Positions 57,395 through 64,000 of a stretch of 64,000 bases of DNA are shown in pieces (positions within the stretch are counted from its first letter, which is position 1; every line of letters starts with the position of its first letter). The position numbers and the translations under genes were made by a program. Origin of the DNA: an uncultured delta proteobacterium (GTDB lineage Bacteria; Desulfobacterota; RBG-13-43-22); NCBI GenBank assembly GCA_963843145.1, contig CAWJJC010000021.1, positions 133,616-197,615 on the forward strand. Reading direction: 5' to 3'. The notes under the pieces are model-generated. The model made no database searches. It had not been told where the DNA came from and saw nothing but the letters and a program-made list of their open reading frames with translations.

Positions 57395-57895
57395 TTATAC
57401 CACTCTTTTAAACTTACCCGGAATGGCCCCGCAAACCGGGCAGTTTTCAGGAGCGCGACTTTCACTGATATACCCGCAGACCTGGCAGACATAGTAATCT
57501 TCATCCGGGGCGGTGAGGTTTTCCAGTAAGGCTCTTTCCAGGAGGGCGGCCTGAAGCGGCTCCACTTCCCGGCTTTGGGAAAAGGCCATCCGGGCGCTTT
57601 TTAGCCCTTCCTCTTCCGCTTCCCGAATCATGGGGGGATATTCCTGTTCATAGGCCCGTTGGTTACGGGTGAGAGCGGATTCCAGGTTTTCCCGACTGCC
57701 GCCGATTTTTCCCCGCAGCAAGAGCAGAAAGCGGTGGGCCTGAACGGACTCGGATTCGGCCAGTGCCCGGAAAAGGCGGGCCAGCGAGGGGTTGGCCTCA
57801 TGGTCGGCTTTCTGGGCAAAGGCCGTATCGCGGGCCGAAGCTTGCGATTCGGCGGCCAAAGCCCAGGACAAATTCCTCTCTGTTTTTTCTGACAT
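57395..57895 (-). CDS. Rubrerythrin-like protein with degenerate di-iron site
   Basis: NLSWALAAESQA, LFRALAESE, C-terminal CQVCGY..CPVCG. Confidence 0.85.
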   Translation of the reverse strand: MSEKTERNLSWALAAESQASARDTAFAQKADHEANPSLARLFRALAESESVQAHRFLLLLRGKIGGSRENLESALTRNQRAYEQEYPPMIREAEEEGLKSARMAFSQSREVEPLQAALLERALLENLTAPDEDYYVCQVCGYISESRAPENCPVCGAIPGKFKRVV

Positions 57896-58016
57896 AAAAG
57901 CGCTCCCTATTTCCGCTGAGTATGGTATACTGCAACGTATTATGCCCATGGGGCCGGGGCGCTGTCAAGCAAAGCCAAAGCGGCCCAAAGCCTTTCCGAC
58001 TCCTTCGGCTTGGAGG

Positions 58017-58792
58017 ATGAAGAGGATGAAAATGAGTAGCGGCAGGACGGTTTTTTGTTTCTTAATCGGATTCGTGATCCTGGCCTGCGGGTGGCTGGTC
58101 CCGGGAGACGGGCAGGCTTCACTGTGGAGAAACCTGTTTGCCGACGGCCGGACGAATACGATGCCGGTGCTCTGGGATCAGGTTTCCCGGAAAATCATCC
58201 CCCGTCTCGACCTGAAAAGGCTGGAACGGGGGGAGGTGATCTCCGAAATTAAAAAACTAGATTCCCAGACCGTGGCGGCCGAGAGTGTGGGACTGATCAA
58301 GGCCACTCCCGAGGCCTGTTTTAAGGTGGTTCGTTCCTATAATCGGTATACGCAGATCATGCCCTGCACGGTGGAAAACCGGGTGATTCGGGTTTTTAAG
58401 TTGGAGGGAGCCTATGCCGGGGCTGAAGCGGTTGACTTTTGGACCCGGGTGAGCGTTCTGGGGTTTGACACCCGGTATCTGCTCCGTATCGCCCATCTCT
58501 CCGACCTGCAAAACCGGCGGTTTCGCAGCTTCTGGACACTGGTAGGTAACCCTTCCCAGGTGGCCGGGGTTTGCGATTCGGGAAAAACGCCCTGCGAGAA
58601 TGATTTGGCCCTCAATCTGGGGTCACACCAATTTGAGCCCTATCCTGGAAATCCGAACTATACCCTGCATACCTACACCTTAACCCTCGAAGGGAAAACT
58701 GGCTCCAGCAGACGGCCATTCGGCTGGGTGGCCTAAAAACTATGGAAGAGGTCACTGAGGGTATCCGCAAGGCCCTGAAGGTCAAGGAGTAA
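58017..58792 (+). CDS. Exported SRPBCC/START-like hypothetical protein; frameshift near 58695
   Basis: Signal peptide; GLIKATPEACFKVVRSYNRY..MP; adding one A in GGGAAAAC restores NWLQQTAIRLGGLKTMEEVTEGIRKALKVKE*. Confidence 0.6.
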
Positions 58793-58835
58793 AAAGAGGG
58801 GAAGAAGTCTCCCGCTCACCCTTTGGACCAGGTCT

Positions 58836-59603
58836 TCACCGCAGGAAATCGTTTGCTGCGAGGGAGGGGCTTCCCTGCCAGCGCAAGAAGCACCGGGTTT
58901 CTTTCGGGGGTATAAAGGCCCGCACTTCCACCATCCGCGTAGCCGTATCAATGGAAACATAGCGCAGGGAATCCGGCGCACAGGCCCCCGAGTTCACGTA
59001 GACACCCTGGCCTATGGGGATACAGGCCATCTGATGGGAGTGTCCCATGACAATCACATCGTTTTTCCCGAGATGGAGGGCCTTGATGGCGGCCATTTCC
59101 AGGGCTTTGAAAAACCGCTGGCCCCAGTCATAGAAGGGGCCCTCGAGAAAATCCGCCAGACGGCTGAAGCCCAAACGGCGCAGTCCGCCGATCATCCAGG
59201 TGACAAAAAAGGGCAGTCGTCCGTGATCGCCGATAAAGGGGTCAAATTGATGCCCATGGGTCAACCAGATACGCCAATTATCCTGTTTTAAGCGAATCTG
59301 GTTTAACGTTCCCAAAAATTTTTGAGTGATCAGGTCGTGATTTCCAAAAATGGAAGAATAGTAACTTTCCCGCCAGCGACTGACAATCCGGGAATAGCGT
59401 TTCAGAATGGCTTCCAACACCTCGGATCGGGAACCGGGATAGCTCCCGTAGTCCGTCTGATAGATATCCCCCATCAAAATAATCCGCTCATGGGTCCGGT
59501 GGAGATGATCATCCAAGCGTAGTAAACGGCCTTCTTCCCCTAAAAATTTGTCCAAAAGCGGGGTATGACCCAGGTGAAGGTCCCCAAAAGTGGCAATGCG
59601 CAT
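58836..59603 (-). CDS. Metallophosphoesterase (LpxH-like)
   Basis: GDLHLG, MGDIY, GNHD, THGHQFD, MGHSH, YVNSG. Confidence 0.88.
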   Translation of the reverse strand: MRIATFGDLHLGHTPLLDKFLGEEGRLLRLDDHLHRTHERIILMGDIYQTDYGSYPGSRSEVLEAILKRYSRIVSRWRESYYSSIFGNHDLITQKFLGTLNQIRLKQDNWRIWLTHGHQFDPFIGDHGRLPFFVTWMIGGLRRLGFSRLADFLEGPFYDWGQRFFKALEMAAIKALHLGKNDVIVMGHSHQMACIPIGQGVYVNSGACAPDSLRYVSIDTATRMVEVRAFIPPKETRCFLRWQGSPSLAANDFLR

Positions 59604-59653
59604 CAGTGGCCTTTCTGACCTTATTATCGTTTCGAGGGCAAAAGAACTTTAAC

Positions 59654-60304
59654 TTACTCCCATCCCCGCCGTTGGAAAATAGCCTGACCCGCCTCGCTCT
59701 GCAAAAATAGTATAAAGGCCAGGGCCAAGTCTATCTTTTTTGTCCAGGCCGTAATGGCCATGGGCGTCGGTCGCAAGGAACCGCTGATTGAGGACAAGGG
59801 AATAAATTCCGTCTCCGGCCGCAAAACAAAATGCCAGGATTTGTAGGTGATCCAGGCATCCAGTTCTGGAATTGAACGCCAGGCTTCTTTCCCTTGCTCC
59901 CCGGTCGTCACCGATAGATACATATGTTCGGCCGATTAGGCACTTTGTTTTGAAATTCTCCCATGGTTTCCAGTTTCACGTCTAATAGCTTAACGGTTTC
60001 GACCCCCAAACCCGCAAGATCGGCAATACCTTTGGGGTTTCCCTTGCGGACAATAATGCCGACCTGCCGGCTACCAATCTGGTGGATGCTGCCCGGTTCG
60101 ATGGCCTGGGGGTGGCGAGCCATAAAATCCTCCATCATATCCGGCGCACCGCCATAAATCAGGTCGGCCCGTTGCTCGAACCATTTTTCCGGCGGTCCCT
60201 TGACGACCTCGATCACGAAGCCCTTTCAACCGAAGATAGGCTTCAGCAGCTTCTTTCATGGCCTCATAAGGGCCGCCGGGACCGACGATCAATAATTTCT
60301 CCAT
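59654..60304 (-). pseudogene. AcfC/ModA-like substrate-binding protein, frameshifted
   Basis: GPGGPYEAMKEAA, GPPEKW..ADLIYGG, IIVRKGNPKGI, DAWITYKSW, FLQSEAGQAIFQRRGW across three frames; signal-like segment upstream to about 60450. Confidence 0.7.
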
Positions 60305-61038
60305 ACCCTTTTCGTTATCCCCAAGTCCTCCTCCTGATCTCTTGAGAATTCAGAAAACCGATTGGCTGAAAACCATTAAAAGCAGCAGGATGGTGATGGA
60401 AACCAAGTTGGCAAATTTTGAATAAAACTTCGAAACGACCTCCTTTATCACAATTTTCGGCGTTAGCTGTCCGCCGGGGGGGGGCCGGGCCATAAAATGA
60501 CGGATGCGATCCAGACCATTTCGTTATGCCCGGCCGAGTTCAGGTGGATAAAAAAAGAAAGGCTCGGGCAGAGAAATTGACATAGACAATGGGCTTCAGA
60601 AGCAGCGTGGTGGATTGCTCGGTGGAAGGCCGCCCATGAAGCCTGATCCGATTAGCCTGGCGAAGCAGCGCTTCATTGGAAACCGACTCCCGCGGCGGGG
60701 ATTCGAGCCGGTTTCGTCGAATTATTTGCCGCTGCCTTTCACCGGTCTGGATACGGATTGGAAATATCCGGCGTGCGTACCTAGGCGGACTTGAATTTGA
60801 ACGCCACCGCGCCTCGCTGCTCAACGGAAGGCCATGGTGGCCAATGACCTTGATGGCGGTTATGGCGTTCACCTAGCCAAGCAATTTTTGGGATAATATC
60901 ATTTAGTTCCCGCGGAGTCAAAAAAAGAAATTATCAGTCCTGAATTGATTTCCTACACCGGCCGATAATAAAAAGCAGGGAAGAAAGCCAGCCGAGGCAA
61001 AGAGAATGTTAAAGAAGACCTCGTAGAAAAGTGCCGGG

Positions 61039-61290
61039 TCATCTTTCCAAAAAGGTTTTGCCTTCGGTTTTATCACTCATTCTTCCCCCTTTTTTTCAAG
61101 CGAAACGGGAGTTAACCCGGAGTTATCGTAAACCACCCATTCATCCACGATCGGCTTATACAGGGTTTCAAGATTTTCTAGTTCTACCTTTGAATCGGTG
61201 ACGCACTACCTCCGCCGGAATAAAGTGCCCCCCCTCCAAAACACGCTGCGTGATCCGGTGGATGGCGTATTCCGCGCGCGGCAAGACGAA
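61039..61290 (-). pseudogene. 3' remnant of a zeta-toxin-like (COG4185-type) P-loop protein
   Basis: Manual translation: AEYAIHRITQRVLEGGHFIPAEVVRHRF / LENLETLYKPIVDEWVVYDNSG; N-terminal P-loop absent. Confidence 0.65.
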
Positions 61291-61349
61291 GCCGCTCGCT
61301 CAGTGGTAGGACTCGGACGGTTTCGGTGGAACTCCTTCTGCATCCCCGT

Positions 61350-62272
61350 CTATTTCAAAAAACCCTGAATAATTCTGTTGACCGCTTCATCATAGTTTAG
61401 CCCCAGGCTCATCAACTTCATCAACTGATCGTTGGCGATTTTTCCGATGGAGGCCTCGTGGGTCAGCTCGGCCTCGGGATGGTAGGCTTTCAGGGAGGGG
61501 GTGGTTTCGTTCTTCCCGTTATCCATAATAATGGCATTACACTCGATATGCCCGAAACATTGGGCCCGGGCCTCTATGAGGGAGTAAAAATTCTGCACCG
61601 AATCCCCTTTGATCACCGAGCGGGAGATCATATTGGCCCGGCTGTTCGTACCGGACAAAACGATAGTATTCCTCGACTCGGCCGTCTGGTTTCCCTCGGT
61701 CAGGACCCGTTCCGTGATCAGGGCCATACTGTTGGGTCCCAGGGTCAGCGTATTCAATCGCCGGGCCTCGTCGACGCCGCCAATTTGCGTCAACTCCATC
61801 TCAACCTGGGCACCGTCTTCCAGTAAAACCTTGGTCGTAGGGTTCAACGTTCGTTTTCCCCGGCCCAGACCGGTGGCGTAATGTTTCTCCACGTACGTTA
61901 CCCGGGCATTGTTTTCCGACCAGGAAATCATGGATGCCGGCGTGCCCCTTGGGGTCGGGGCCGCCGCAATGAATGCCGCAGCCGGCGATGATGGTCACCT
62001 CGGAATCCTCCCCGATCAAAAAGCGGTTATGGACCACGTCATAAAGCCCGGCTTGACTCAGGATCACGGGGATATGGACGGACTCGTTCACTGTCCCCGG
62101 CTTGATCGTCACCGTAATCCCCCGGCCGTCTTCAATGGTTTCAATCTGGATGTTTGCCGAGGTCTTTTCGGGAGAAGAGCTTTCCATCCTTCCGGATATT
62201 GTAGGCTCCTCGGGGGAGTTTCTCCAGTCCGGCAACGGTTTTCAATAAGTCTTTATCGATAGCATTCAACAT
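61350..62272 (-). CDS. Short SufB/D-type Fe-S scaffold (SmsB-like), frameshifted
   Basis: VHIPVI, IAGCGIH, YVEKHY, GHIECNAIIM, LTHEASIGKIA..LMSLGL. Confidence 0.85.
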
Positions 62273-63001
62273 CGTCTTGTCCGAGGCATTGCCTGTAATT
62301 GCAGACACTGGAATCATTCAAGAGCGGCAGGGCACCGGCCAGCTTGCCGGTATAAACCAACTTCCCCTGATTGATCATCAGAACGATGTCCGCCGCTTCG
62401 AGAAAAGCCCGGTTGTGGCTGACGACGATCGTAGTGGTTTTATGTTCCGCCTGCTCCCGCTTTAGTAATCGGACCATGGGATCGATGGTCCACAGGTCGA
62501 TACCCGTATCCGGCTCGTCGTAGATGGCGAGTTTTGATTTCCGAGCAATGGTGGTGGCCAGTTCGATCTTTTTGATCTCCCCGCCGGAGAGTTTGGCGTC
62601 CACCGGCAGGTCCATAAAGGACAAGGAACAAATCCCCACCTGTCGAACGATGGCCGGCCAGCTTTGCTTCGTCATCGCTGCCGGCGGGCGATGGCCAGGA
62701 GATCCCGAAAGGTAATGCCCTTGAATCGGGCGGGATGCTGGAAACTGTAGGCAATCCCGGACCTGGCCCGCTCCGTGATCGAATGTTGGGTGATATCGGC
62801 TCCTTCGAAGAAAATGGCGCCGGAGGTTGCAGGATTGATCCCCATAATCAGCTTGGCCAGGGTGGTCTTGCCGCTTCCGTTGGGTCCGGTGATGACATAA
62901 AAGTTCCCTTTTTCAAATAAGAAATTTACGCCAGCGATGATATGGCGCTGTTTTCCTTCTTCAACGGGTACTGAAAAAAAAAGATCCTTTAGCTCCAGCA
63001 T
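62253..63001 (-). CDS. SufC-like ABC ATPase (SmsC-like), frameshifted near 62680
   Basis: GPNGSGKTT, FQHPARFKG, LSGGEIKKIE, DEPDTGIDL. Confidence 0.85.
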
Positions 63002-63210
63002 GGTATGCCTCGCTTAAAAGTCGTGATTTGGAAAAGCTCCGGGGACGTAAACTCAAGCACTCCTCTCCCCAACCGGAGCCCATAGAGCCCGAAACCCTAA
63101 AAGATAGCAAAAACAGGCTGATTCTGCTAAGTTAACGGCATTGGGTCCGACCCTCATTCACCATGGGGCATAATCATATAATAATATCGGCTTAAAAAGT
63201 ATACGGAAAA

Positions 63211-63375
63211 TAATTTGACGGACTCGTCTTAAGTCCGTTGGCAGCTTAGACGTGATTAAGCGCCGGGCTGGGGTAGGGGTGGGACCATTTGAATTCACTT
63301 CAAATGGCGGGGGAGGGAAAGCCCTCCCCCGACGAGCAGAAAGTAGTTTTTAGACTTTTTGCGAGGTTATCAATT
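63211..63375 (+). repeat. Multi-hairpin element with imperfect terminal inverted repeats
   Basis: TTGACGGACTCGTCTTAAGTC ... GACTTTTTGCGAGGTTATCAA enclosing three hairpins. Confidence 0.6.
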
Positions 63376-63879
63376 ATGACCGGATTGCCTTTGGCGATCT
63401 GGGTTTTCTGTTTGATGGGAATATTCCTTTCCTTTTTTTCCCTTTCCGGGACCTGGCTGGTAGTCGGGGCCACCTTTCTGGCCTTTTTCCTACCCGGAGC
63501 AAATGCCCCTGGGATTTGGACGGTACTGTCTTTCCTGGTACTGTCCTTATTGATGGAGGTGTTGGAATGGGTGGCCGGCGCCTGGGGTGTCGTTAAAGGG
63601 GCTGAGCCAGGTTGGGTTCCCTGATGGCCCTGATCGGGGGGGTGCTGGGGTTCTTTTTGGGTTTTGCGATTCCGATTCCGCTGATCGGCAATTTTGTTCG
63701 GAATGCTCCTGCTCAGTTTCCTGCTGGTTTTTTGGGTGGAACGGCAGCGCCTGGGTGATGACCGCCAGGCGGGTCATATTGCCCTGGGGGCGGTGCTGGC
63801 TCAAGTCTATATGGTGCTGGTGAAAACCGGGGCCGCGCTGGGGATGAGTATTTGGCTTCTTTGGAACCTGTATTCTTAG
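63376..63879 (+). CDS. DUF456-like membrane protein, frameshifted
   Basis: LSGTWLVV, EVLEWVAGAWGV, LFGMLLLSF..VE, LVKTGAALGM across frames. Confidence 0.7.
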
Positions 63880-63890
63880 ACAGGCAATTT

Positions 63891-64000
63891 CTAATTCCCT
63901 GAAAATTGGGTGTAGAGTTCTCGGGCTAAGGCCCGCAGCCCTTCATCCGCCTTCCCGCCGCTGATGTTGGTGGCGGTGACGATGGCCAAATCGCGGCTAT
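63891..64000 (-). CDS. C-terminus of a gene entering from the right, possibly serine hydrolase/beta-lactamase family
   Basis: ...SRDLAIVTATNISGGKADEGLRALARELYTQFSGN*. Confidence 0.45.
   Translation of the reverse strand, partial: SRDLAIVTATNISGGKADEGLRALARELYTQFSGN

Noticed and set aside
61291-61345. tRNA-like start GCCGCTCGCTCAGTGGTAG
   Set aside because: No T-arm GTTCRA and no acceptor pairing; better explained as the edge of the zeta-like remnant

Overview
Chromosomal window from a GC-rich anaerobic bacterium; gene content (rubrerythrins, aldehyde:ferredoxin oxidoreductase, minimal SufCB, CoA transferase/acyl-CoA dehydrogenases) suggests Desulfobacterota/Deltaproteobacteria (inference). 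I found no rRNA, tRNA, CRISPR array, transposase or prophage. Layout: 0-25 kb is mixed housekeeping and accessory genes (tkt, VapBC, exported phosphoesterase/HEAT/DUF3047 cluster, ECF transporter, GGDEF/HD-GYP, cbpA, orphan MreB paralog). 26-49.7 kb is a surface-glycoconjugate locus with three GT2 polyprenol-phosphate-type domains, three GT-C-type membrane proteins, two paralogous cobalamin-dependent radical SAM enzymes, a radical SAM/SPASM enzyme, AsnB, a methyltransferase and an acyltransferase. 50-64 kb holds acyl-CoA metabolism, AOR and SufCB. Best candidates for new biology: the radical-SAM-rich glycosylation locus; a ~105-115 nt structured element found twice between a sigma70-like promoter and a start codon, plus a partial copy; and metalloproteins with swapped metal ligands. 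Many frameshifts (30.06, 41.5-44.6, 55.0, 58.7, 59.9-63.8 kb), some at homopolymers, probably reflect long-read assembly error. All family calls are from motif recognition, not database searches.
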